DNA from: a virus
Taxonomy: Duplodnaviria > Caudoviricetes
Length of the DNA stretch: 32,748 nt
Virus record (IMG/VR): IMGVR_UViG_3300044708_000041
Coordinates: 1-32,748 of that record
Strand: one strand, 5' to 3'
Shown: piece by piece, positions 18,192 to 26,527 of the stretch
Layout: each line of letters opens with the position of its first letter
How positions within the stretch are numbered: the stretch's first letter is position 1
Notes under the pieces: generated by a model
What the model was told of the DNA's origin: nothing
The model's database searches: none
What the model saw: the letters and a program-made list of their open reading frames with translations, nothing else
Position numbers and translations under genes: made by a program

Positions 18192-19117
18192 CCTTGCCAG
18201 CCAGCGGGCGGTTTCGCGTATCCTTTTTGGAAGGATTGCGGCAAGTTGGTCTTGAGTTTGTTCGTCAATGGAACGCCCATCTCAATCAAAGACTCTCTAC
18301 TTGCGTAGTAGATGTCTAATGAGAAAGCAATCACTCCCTTGTCAAACGGAACAGCAGTGACACGACTTTCTTCTTTACGACCCCACTCAGTTCCCATGTC
18401 GAAACTTTCGGCTTTGATATTGTTGGAGAGTTTCTTTGAATTATTTGAACGTCTGAGGATTCCTGAATCAGCAGATAAAGATTCATTGCCGGCATACGAA
18501 ACATTACAGTTGGATAGGTTTGTGGAACAGTAATTCACTTGGCCATCAGTGAAAGCATTGCTATTACAAGTGTAAGAGGCAGAAACAGAATTCACTTTTG
18601 GGATGTAGCCTGTGGTCGTACTAATAGAATACCATGTGGGTTGGTTCAAATATGGGTAAGGATTATAAACGACTTTTTCTACAATGTATGGTTCTCTGAT
18701 AATGATTGGTGGGTTAACGACAGGTTTTTCAACTTCATTATGGAGCATTACTCCGATGATACCACAGTTCTTTTCAGAACCGTCTTCTTTTGATTGGGCG
18801 TAAGTTTTGCCATACATTTTGTGACCAAATTTGAACATGGCCCACTCGTCGTCAGAGAATCGAAATCCTTTGATTTTTTCGGAGTGATAGGCGTCTATCA
18901 CGTATCCGTCTTTGCCAGATTCTACGGCTGCTTCGCCCGTGAGAACGGATAGACTATCCACGGATGCGCGAGCCAGAATTCGTTTGCCGGTATTGTTTTT
19001 GATTTCTATGACGTATTCAGAGCCGTTTTTGGCTTCGATGAAGGTTTTGCCATCGTGGTGATACTGTTTACAACGGTTTCCGTTGACGAGGATGTTTACA
19101 TCAAATGCGTTTGACAT
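18188..19117 (-). CDS. Conserved-looking hypothetical protein of unknown function
   Basis: 309 aa, the only long minus-strand gene. YHHDGKTFIEAKNGSEYVIEIKN..KRILARASVDSL...GYVIDAY...IKGFR...NCGIIGV...MGTEWG...IYYASRESLIEMGV. Confidence 0.8.
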   Translation of the reverse strand: MSNAFDVNILVNGNRCKQYHHDGKTFIEAKNGSEYVIEIKNNTGKRILARASVDSLSVLTGEAAVESGKDGYVIDAYHSEKIKGFRFSDDEWAMFKFGHKMYGKTYAQSKEDGSEKNCGIIGVMLHNEVEKPVVNPPIIIREPYIVEKVVYNPYPYLNQPTWYSISTTTGYIPKVNSVSASYTCNSNAFTDGQVNYCSTNLSNCNVSYAGNESLSADSGILRRSNNSKKLSNNIKAESFDMGTEWGRKEESRVTAVPFDKGVIAFSLDIYYASRESLIEMGVPLTNKLKTNLPQSFQKGYAKPPAGWQG

Positions 19118-19285
19118 AGTTCTTATCTTTCTTTGTTTAGGTTAAAAAAGCGCCCCTTACAGGCGATTTCGGTTAACCATACATAGAGGCGTGAATACGT
19201 TTTCAACAATAATAAAAATCAATGGACGTATAAAAAATTGTATTCTGAGGTCCGTGAGTTAATATGTCCACCTACTACAAAAATT

Positions 19286-20668
19286 ATGGATGAAATTGAT
19301 AATCTGAAAAAGTTCGGCGGAGAGTTCCAAACAAAATGTGTTACTGGTTTACTTAATGACCAAGCGTTCGTGGAACGAATCTTTGATATTTTAACTCCCG
19401 ATTATTTCGAATCGGATGCTAACAAGTGGGTGGTTCAAAACGTAATGGATTATTTTATCCAATACAAAGCCCTCCCAACTCTCAATGTTTTCAAAGTGAA
19501 AATTGATGGAGTGACCAACGAAGTGTTGAAGAAGGCTATCGCCGAACAACTTCGTAATGTCGTTATGAGAACTAACGACACTGACATTAAATTTGTCAAA
19601 GAACAGTTTTTGGAATTCTGTAGGAATCAGAAACTCAAGAATGCCATCATGTCTTCGGTTGATTACTTGAAGGCGGGCCAATACGACCAAATCAAACACG
19701 TTGTTGATGCCGCCATGAAGGCTGGTATGGAAAGAAATTTGGGTCATGAATATTTCGCTGACATCGAAAAGCGTATGAGTGAAATGGCCCGTTACACCAC
19801 AAAAACTAATTGGCCATTGATTGATGATTTGTTGGACGGTGGACTTGCCAAGGGCGAGTTGGGGTTTGTTGTGGCCCCGGCTGGCTCTGGCAAGTCATGG
19901 ATTTTGGCCCGATTGGGAGCCGAAGCCATGAAGGCTGGAAAGAACGTATGTCACTTCACTTTGGAGTTGAACGAGAACTATGTCGGTCTTCGATACGATG
20001 CCTGTTTCACCGGCATTGATTTCCAAGAAATTCGTAAACACGTTGACGTGGTTAAGAAGAAGATTGAGGAAATTCCGGGCAAACTGTTCATCAAGTATTT
20101 CCCAATCAAGACGATTGCCGCTCATACTATCAAAATGCATGTCGAAAGAATTCAAATGCTTACATCGACACCTGTCGATATGATTGTGGTGGATTATGCC
20201 GACCTACTTCGCCCGATGACAGCGGAAAGAAATTCCAACTCATACAGTGAGGCTGGCTCCGTTTACGAAGAACTTCGGGCAGTCGCTGGTGAACTTCAAG
20301 TTCCAATTTGGTCTGCCTCACAGGCAAATCGTGGCGCTCACGAAGAGGAAGTCATTCAGGCTCACAATGTTGCCGATTCATATCGAAAAATTATGACAGG
20401 CGACGTGGTGTTGTCTCTTTCACGAAAGACGGAAGACAAGGCTGGTTCAACCGCACGTATTCACATAATCAAGAATCGGTTTGGCGCTGACGGAATTACG
20501 TTTCCAACGTATTTCAATTCATCAAACGGTGATATTAGAGTCTGTGACCCAAATTCTCCAGAAGGCGCAGAACTCCAACAAAAGATGAGAGATGGTGAAG
20601 ATGTCACCAAGGATATGATGCGTGAAGCGTGGGGAAAAATGAAGAAGAAACACGAAGACTCCGATTAA
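19286..20668 (+). CDS. Replicative DNA helicase (DnaB / T4 gp41-like)
   Basis: GGLAKGELGFVVAPAGSGKS (Walker A), HFTLEL, IVVDYADLL (Walker B), PIWSASQANR, IKNRFG. Start reassigned from TTG 19238 to ATG 19286. Confidence 0.92.
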   Translation: MDEIDNLKKFGGEFQTKCVTGLLNDQAFVERIFDILTPDYFESDANKWVVQNVMDYFIQYKALPTLNVFKVKIDGVTNEVLKKAIAEQLRNVVMRTNDTDIKFVKEQFLEFCRNQKLKNAIMSSVDYLKAGQYDQIKHVVDAAMKAGMERNLGHEYFADIEKRMSEMARYTTKTNWPLIDDLLDGGLAKGELGFVVAPAGSGKSWILARLGAEAMKAGKNVCHFTLELNENYVGLRYDACFTGIDFQEIRKHVDVVKKKIEEIPGKLFIKYFPIKTIAAHTIKMHVERIQMLTSTPVDMIVVDYADLLRPMTAERNSNSYSEAGSVYEELRAVAGELQVPIWSASQANRGAHEEEVIQAHNVADSYRKIMTGDVVLSLSRKTEDKAGSTARIHIIKNRFGADGITFPTYFNSSNGDIRVCDPNSPEGAELQQKMRDGEDVTKDMMREAWGKMKKKHEDSD

Positions 20669-20793
20669 GGAAGCGCTAATTCCTAATACATGAACAAATT
20701 ACAAACGCTTGAAAAATAGTTTTTTTCAAACATGAGTTTGATTTGTCAAATCTCTAATTATTTTCCACATACAAAAACAAGAATAGATAGGCT

Positions 20794-23439
20794 ATGAGTA
20801 ATACACAAGATTTCAACACAATTACAACCCGATACGAAGACGTTAAAAAACTGACCACAGAAGAATATTTCCGAAACAACCAATTTTCCATTGATGCTTT
20901 TCACAAGAAGTATCAAGCCCTTGATGGTGAAACCTATGTCCAAGCCCTGAAAAGAGTTTGTGACTATATCGCCTCGGTTGAGAAGACAGAAGACCTAAGA
21001 AAATATTGGAGCGAACGATGGTTCGACGAAATTTTCAATGATTGGTGGCATCCCGCCGGTTCCATTATGCAAGGTGCAGGAACCCACCGAAAAATTTCGC
21101 TCGCAAACTGTACGACCATCTCCCTTGGTCTTTTCCGTGATAATGAGGAATGGGATTCTTTGGAATCCATCGTCAAGAACATGTCTTATACAGTGGCAAA
21201 ATGCGCCGCCTATCGACAGGGGCTTGGAGTAGATTTCAGTCGCCTTCGACCAAAGGGAACGAAGGTTCTGAATTCCGCCAACGAATCCACGGGCGCTGTC
21301 CATTGGATGAAATATACCGACAACATCGGTTATTCAGTCGGACAAAAGGGCCGTATTCCGGCCATGTTGTTCTCTTTGAACATTGAACATCCTGACGTAG
21401 AAGAATTTATCACAGTCAAGAAGGACCGGACCAAGATTCAAAACGCCAACATTTCGGTTCAAGTCACTGACAAGTTTTATAAAGCAGTCGAAGATGGTAA
21501 AGAATGGGAATTGTATTTTGAAATTCCTGCCATCAAGAAGGGTGATAAAGTCTATGTTGACGTTCATAGCATCGACATGGATTGTGTCAAAGAAAAAGAA
21601 TCCGGCAGATACTACAAAATCGCCACTCACAATCGTAAAAAGGAAGTCTTTTCAAGAATGGTTGACGCCAAGAAGTTGTTGGAGTTGCTTGCCAAACACA
21701 TGACACTTTTCGCCGAACCCGGCATTCAAAACATTGACGTGGCCAGAAAGTATTCCAATTCGGATTACATGTACGACCCCAATGATGAATACGATAGTCG
21801 TATCATTTCTACAAACGCCTGTTCGGAACAATATCTTAGCCGTGAATCGCTTTGTGTTCTAAGTTCAATCAACGTTGAACGGTTTTCGACTGACCGTGAT
21901 ACCTATTTCAGACAACTTGAACGTATCGGCATTTCTGTCAATCGTTTTCTTGATAATGTCAATCAATGTGAATTGGATAATCAGACTTACGCTACCCCAC
22001 ACCAACGTCTCGCTATCGAAAAACTTCGACGAACGGGTGCAGGTGTAACGAACATCGTAGGTTGGTTGTTCAAGAAGAAACATCTTTACGCTACCCCGGA
22101 GGCTAACGCTGCTTTCGAAGATTTTATGATGATATACAATTACTGGTTGTATGTTGGTGGTGAACAAGGTGGTAAAGAAAAAGGTAATTTCGGTTTGTTC
22201 AACAAAGAGAAATGGAAAAATTCTCCATTCGTTGCCCGAACCATTGAATCTTCAAAGAGGATTCATGACGAATTTGGGGCGCCGGTTCTCACTGGCAATT
22301 ATGCTAGAAACGTAACTAATAGTTCAATCGCTCCCACTGGAACTTTGTCCCTCATGTTTAGGGATATGGTAATGAGTTATGGAATTGAGCCGGCGTTCTT
22401 TCTTTACATGTGGAAACGAACCAGAATGGCAGGCAGTTATCAATACTATTTCTGTGTTCCTAAATCGGTTAGAGAAGCCTACGCAGCCGCTGGTTTTCCT
22501 ATCCCTATCGAGTCCGATACCATTCGAGACGATTGGGATGGAAGGCTCGGTCAACCTGTTGTCGATTTTATCGAGAAGCATAAAAAAGATGCAGGCATCA
22601 ACTTCGTAGATTCTACCGCCATTGACCCAATGGATAAACTTGAATTCATGGCTCAGGTTATGAAGTGGGTGGATTCATCCATCTCCACTACCTATCTGTT
22701 GCCAGAAGGTTCGGATTACAAATCCGTCTATAAGTTCATCATTGAAGCGCATAAACGAGAAGTCAAGTCGATTGCCGCTTTCCCTGACAAGAAGATGTAT
22801 GGTATCATTTCATCTATGCCGTTCAAAAAGTTGGCATACAAATTGAAGGAAGAGGATGTAGAGATGCATCATCAAAACTTCTCGGATGAAGAATTGAAAG
22901 ACCTGAACCTATCAAGAGAGAGTATTCATGGAGACAATAATGCTCCAAAACGACTCCCATCTTTGGATGCTGACATTTACACGGTAAGTGTTAAAGGTGA
23001 AAAATTCGTCGTTGTTGTTGGTTTACAGAACGGTCAACCTTACGAAATCTTTGGCGGTCATCTGAATGGTTTTGGTTTCAAGTTCCAACACAAAAAAGGA
23101 AAAATAACCAAGGTCAAAAGGGGACACTATTCACTCGAATTTGATGATATTACCATTGAAGATTTTTCCAAACAATTCACTCCCACAGAACAGATTCTAT
23201 TCCGAATGACTTCTACAAGTCTTCGCCATGGAGTTCCAGTTCAATTCGTTGTGAACCAATTACAGAAGGCTATGTCAGACATTACTTCAATGGGTTCAGC
23301 CGCCGCAAGGTGTCTCAAGAAATACATCAAGGATGGCGAAGTTGCTCGTGGTCAAGGATGTCCATCTTGTAACAATGGGCTGGTCTATATGGAAGGATGT
23401 GTATCATGTTCTACGTGCGGTTGGTCGAAATGTGGTTAA
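20794..23439 (+). CDS. nrdJ: Class II (adenosylcobalamin-dependent) ribonucleotide reductase with C-terminal TSCPD-like and Zn-ribbon region
   Basis: SLANC, GLGVDFSRLRPKG, NANISV, EPG, TNACSEQ (NPCxE variant), CVLSSIN, SIAPTGTLS, C-terminal CPSC...EGCVSCSTCGWSKC; no adjacent beta subunit. Confidence 0.88.
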   Translation: MSNTQDFNTITTRYEDVKKLTTEEYFRNNQFSIDAFHKKYQALDGETYVQALKRVCDYIASVEKTEDLRKYWSERWFDEIFNDWWHPAGSIMQGAGTHRKISLANCTTISLGLFRDNEEWDSLESIVKNMSYTVAKCAAYRQGLGVDFSRLRPKGTKVLNSANESTGAVHWMKYTDNIGYSVGQKGRIPAMLFSLNIEHPDVEEFITVKKDRTKIQNANISVQVTDKFYKAVEDGKEWELYFEIPAIKKGDKVYVDVHSIDMDCVKEKESGRYYKIATHNRKKEVFSRMVDAKKLLELLAKHMTLFAEPGIQNIDVARKYSNSDYMYDPNDEYDSRIISTNACSEQYLSRESLCVLSSINVERFSTDRDTYFRQLERIGISVNRFLDNVNQCELDNQTYATPHQRLAIEKLRRTGAGVTNIVGWLFKKKHLYATPEANAAFEDFMMIYNYWLYVGGEQGGKEKGNFGLFNKEKWKNSPFVARTIESSKRIHDEFGAPVLTGNYARNVTNSSIAPTGTLSLMFRDMVMSYGIEPAFFLYMWKRTRMAGSYQYYFCVPKSVREAYAAAGFPIPIESDTIRDDWDGRLGQPVVDFIEKHKKDAGINFVDSTAIDPMDKLEFMAQVMKWVDSSISTTYLLPEGSDYKSVYKFIIEAHKREVKSIAAFPDKKMYGIISSMPFKKLAYKLKEEDVEMHHQNFSDEELKDLNLSRESIHGDNNAPKRLPSLDADIYTVSVKGEKFVVVVGLQNGQPYEIFGGHLNGFGFKFQHKKGKITKVKRGHYSLEFDDITIEDFSKQFTPTEQILFRMTSTSLRHGVPVQFVVNQLQKAMSDITSMGSAAARCLKKYIKDGEVARGQGCPSCNNGLVYMEGCVSCSTCGWSKCG

Positions 23440-23465
23440 TTATACACTTCTATAATTACTCGTCA

Positions 23466-23473
23466 TATTTATG
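23466..23473 (+). promoter_or_regulatory. Variant late box TATTTATG upstream of membrane protein gene
   Basis: One mismatch from TATTTATA, intergenic. Confidence 0.4.
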
Positions 23474-23499
23474 ATTGGAAGCGATTCCAAGTTCTAACT

Positions 23500-23841
23500 A
23501 TGATTGACGCCACCATTATCAACATCATCCCACCCTTGGTCGCCGCGATCTTTACGTATATTATTGCTAATAGACGGGCGAGAATCCAACACTCCAAATT
23601 ACTTGCTGACATACAAGGTCAAGCGATTGACCAAGTAAGTAAGTCAGAAGAAAAAATGAGGAAAGAAATATGGGATGAACTTGACAGGGTTCGTAAAAGA
23701 AACGCTACATTGGAAGAGGAAAAGGATGATTTATCCGAACGTGTTCAACATAACTCCGAACTAATCGCTGCCTTACGACAAGAATTGTCGTCTATGAAAG
23801 TTATAAATCAAACCCTTCAAACCCAATTGGGAGAAAAGTAA
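23500..23841 (+). CDS. Single-pass membrane protein with coiled coil (holin-like topology)
   Basis: N-terminal hydrophobic IINIIPPLVAAIFTYIIA followed by a basic patch (NRRAR) and a long heptad-like helix. Confidence 0.65.
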   Translation: MIDATIINIIPPLVAAIFTYIIANRRARIQHSKLLADIQGQAIDQVSKSEEKMRKEIWDELDRVRKRNATLEEEKDDLSERVQHNSELIAALRQELSSMKVINQTLQTQLGEK

Positions 23842-23851
23842 AGACCTTGTT

Positions 23852-24196
23852 ATGAATATATTTACAAATTTCCTAAAGATGTTCCGTAAGCCGAAACCTA
23901 AGGCATTCATTATTGACGACACACATGATGGTATTAAAGCGATGGAAGACTCCTTAATCCCACTCAATTTGGACCTCGAAACACATGGATTTACGGATGC
24001 TAAAAAACTGTTATTCTCTCTTCATTCCAAGAAAAATAATAATTACAAGGTAGGTATCATTCATGAAAATGGCAGTAAGTATAAACCACAAATCCTCTGC
24101 CAGTTCATTCGAAAAATCAATCCAGACATCCGACTGATTATCTGTAAAGATAACGATCAACTACAATCGGCGGCTAGATATTTGATTTTGACATAA
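23852..24196 (+). CDS. Degenerate response-regulator receiver (CheY-like) domain protein
   Basis: KAFIIDD (beta1 acidic pair), HGFTDAKKLL, YKVGIIHEN (beta3), ILCQFIRKINPDIRLIIC follow the receiver pattern. Confidence 0.6.
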   Translation: MNIFTNFLKMFRKPKPKAFIIDDTHDGIKAMEDSLIPLNLDLETHGFTDAKKLLFSLHSKKNNNYKVGIIHENGSKYKPQILCQFIRKINPDIRLIICKDNDQLQSAARYLILT

Positions 24197-24216
24197 TCCA
24201 CTGAATCGGTTATAAT
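24188..24216 (+). promoter_or_regulatory. Consensus sigma70-type promoter for the Mom-like gene (likely leaderless)
   Basis: TTGACA (24188-93), 17 nt, TATAAT (24211-16); ATG 6 nt downstream. Confidence 0.85.
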
Positions 24217-24222
24217 ACACTG

Positions 24223-24996
24223 ATGGAAGAATTGTATTTTAACCCGGAGCGAGTCAAAATTAAACAGATTGACAAATCCACTGCCGAACAAATAATTGTC
24301 AAGAATCACTATACCCACAAGTGGTCACTTTGTCAAATCGCTTACGGTGTTTTCCTCCAAACTGACAATGAATGTCAATTCATCGAAGCCAAAGAAGAAA
24401 AGTTGATTGGCTGTTTGGTTTATGGTCAACCCGTTGGTCGTTCCGCTGCCGAATCCATTTCGGAGTTGATTAAGGTTGATGAAGTGTTCGAATTGACCCG
24501 ACTTTTCATTCACGATGGTTATGGTAGAAATATTGAAAGTTACGCCATATCACAGTCTCTTAAACTTCTCAAACGAGATTTTCCATATCTCAAAGCGATG
24601 ATTACCTATGCCGATAATGAGGCCGGTCATCGTGGAATAATCTATCAGGCATGTGGCTTTCATTATCAGGGTAATTCATCTTTAGCCCTAATGCCCAATT
24701 TTTCAATCTCTTTGGTAGGGCCACCTTATCAATGGATGCATTCCCGTTCGGTTACTTCCACCTACGGTTCCCACAATGTCGAATTTCTGAAAAAGAAGAT
24801 AGGACATACCTTTTGGCGTAAAAAAGAATCCACCAAACACCGATACGTATGTCTGCTTGGTAACAAGTTAGAGAGGAAGAAGATATTGGCTAACCTCAAA
24901 CATCCATTTTTACCCTATCCGAAGAGTTCCGGATTTGTAGAAGAAATAGAAGAAATCAAGGCTTCTGGCGCCGTAGAAAATCCGTTCTTTGGTTGA
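24223..24996 (+). CDS. Mom-like (GNAT-fold) DNA modification protein
   Basis: IVKNHYTHK, GCLVYGQP, FELTRL, NIESYAISQSLKLL, ITYADNEAGHRGIIYQACGFHYQG, KHRYV are hallmarks of the phage Mu Mom family. Confidence 0.8.
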   Translation: MEELYFNPERVKIKQIDKSTAEQIIVKNHYTHKWSLCQIAYGVFLQTDNECQFIEAKEEKLIGCLVYGQPVGRSAAESISELIKVDEVFELTRLFIHDGYGRNIESYAISQSLKLLKRDFPYLKAMITYADNEAGHRGIIYQACGFHYQGNSSLALMPNFSISLVGPPYQWMHSRSVTSTYGSHNVEFLKKKIGHTFWRKKESTKHRYVCLLGNKLERKKILANLKHPFLPYPKSSGFVEEIEEIKASGAVENPFFG

Positions 24997-25004
24997 TTGT
25001 CCCA

Positions 25005-25012
25005 TATTTATA
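25005..25012 (+). promoter_or_regulatory. Putative late promoter box TATTTATA
   Basis: Recurring octamer, 8 nt upstream of ATG 25021. Confidence 0.6.
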
Positions 25013-25020
25013 TTAGGATT

Positions 25021-26193
25021 ATGGCAAAACAAACCCAAAAAAATCACAATTTAGTGTTAATAGACGCGGAAGCCCGCCATGGAAAGCGAATTTTGACTAT
25101 CATTGGTCAGAATGGTGACTTTCGAACTGCCGCTGAAAATTTGTCAAAGAAGGTTCCACAAGCCGTTCAATTTGTAAACCCACATACAGGCGAAACAATC
25201 AAAGGTCCGAAATATGACACCACAACACAAGAAGTTGATGGGAATGTAAACGACCTGTTGAGAAAGATGGGCTACAACGTAACACAAAAGCCACCAGTGG
25301 AAGACGACATGCGACACGAACCAAGAGACAGACAAATGGAGAATCGAAATATGAAGAGAGAATCTTTCAAAGACCTTATCGCGGAGTGTATTGCTGAAGT
25401 CAAATCAGAAAACGAAGTATTGACCAACCCAAGAGTTCGACTCAAAGAATCTCTCCGAGGCATCGTCAAGACCGTTCTGAATGAAATGGCTGCCAACGTT
25501 GAAACAAAACCTGACAAAGAAGAGAAAGAAAAGATTTCCAAAGGCTTCAACAAAAAAGGTAACGAACGTCTCGACAAGAACAATTCCAAACTCAAAGACG
25601 AATTGGAAACGATTGTTCATGGCATCAATAAAGACTGGCAAGTTTATTGGGATGACAATAACGAATTGAACGTTAACGCCCGAAGCCTTCTCCATGTTCG
25701 TATCAAAGAAAAATTTGAAAACAACTTCGACATTGACGCCATGGTTAAACTATCTGACCGTGTTCGCGCAATTGCTTTGACATGGGACCAAGTAAAAGAT
25801 TTCGTCAAGGCAAACTTCTCCAGCCTCACAAATACCACCAAAGCCGACGACGCTAAGACGAAGGCAATGGACCATCTTAAAGACCGTGAAGTAATCAAGA
25901 AAAACGCTGGTCCAGACGGCCAAACCGTCAAACCAAGATACATTTCTCCTGATGAACCACATATCAAAGATACCAAGAAAGACAACAAGGATTACAATGA
26001 ACCTGCTGTCAAGAAGGATGAGGATATGCCAGACCAACCAATGAAGAAAGTTACGGAACCGGGCAAAGACCCAGATTCCAAGAACAAGAACATTGATAAG
26101 ACCACAAAGGTCAAGGCGCCAAAACACAAGAATGACAACACTCTTCGTGTGGATGCCGATAAGACCAAGAAATTCCGTGAAAAGAAGTCATAA
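25021..26193 (+). CDS. Highly charged hypothetical protein, probably virion/internal head protein
   Basis: Start reassigned to ATG 25021. Two internal LxxxIxE-type motifs; K/D-rich C-terminal third. Confidence 0.7.
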   Translation: MAKQTQKNHNLVLIDAEARHGKRILTIIGQNGDFRTAAENLSKKVPQAVQFVNPHTGETIKGPKYDTTTQEVDGNVNDLLRKMGYNVTQKPPVEDDMRHEPRDRQMENRNMKRESFKDLIAECIAEVKSENEVLTNPRVRLKESLRGIVKTVLNEMAANVETKPDKEEKEKISKGFNKKGNERLDKNNSKLKDELETIVHGINKDWQVYWDDNNELNVNARSLLHVRIKEKFENNFDIDAMVKLSDRVRAIALTWDQVKDFVKANFSSLTNTTKADDAKTKAMDHLKDREVIKKNAGPDGQTVKPRYISPDEPHIKDTKKDNKDYNEPAVKKDEDMPDQPMKKVTEPGKDPDSKNKNIDKTTKVKAPKHKNDNTLRVDADKTKKFREKKS

Positions 26194-26483
26194 TGAAACG
26201 GGAAGAACTAAAATCTTTAATCAAAGAAGTCATCAAAGAAGTTTCTTCTGACCCTCAGATGATTTATCTTGCTGGCTACAAACGTGGTCAAGACAATTAT
26301 GAGGATGACAATGTTCAAACAGATTTCAACGGATACCCCGAGGAATTTGTTAAAGGATATAAGAAGGGTGTTAGCAAAGCGCGTTGGGGAAAACTTGGTC
26401 TGGGTAAATTTGACAAACCTAATTTGACAAACATATTGGTAAACATAGGCAATGTTTTAAGTCGTGGCAGATACCGTCCGTAA
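26193..26483 (+). CDS. Small hypothetical protein with N-terminal LKSLIKEVIKE motif
   Basis: Coupled (TAATG) to the previous gene. MKREELKSLIKEVIKEV, internal repeat GYKRG/GYKKG. Confidence 0.7.
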   Translation: MKREELKSLIKEVIKEVSSDPQMIYLAGYKRGQDNYEDDNVQTDFNGYPEEFVKGYKKGVSKARWGKLGLGKFDKPNLTNILVNIGNVLSRGRYRP

Positions 26484-26490
26484 ATATCGC

Positions 26491-26519
26491 TTGACAAATT
26501 ATATAACGTAGCGTAGAAT
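26491..26519 (+). promoter_or_regulatory. Sigma70-type promoter for the AAA+/vWA operon
   Basis: TTGACA (26491-96), 17 nt, TAGAAT (26514-19); ATG 8 nt downstream. Confidence 0.75.
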
Positions 26520-26527
26520 ATGTCAGA

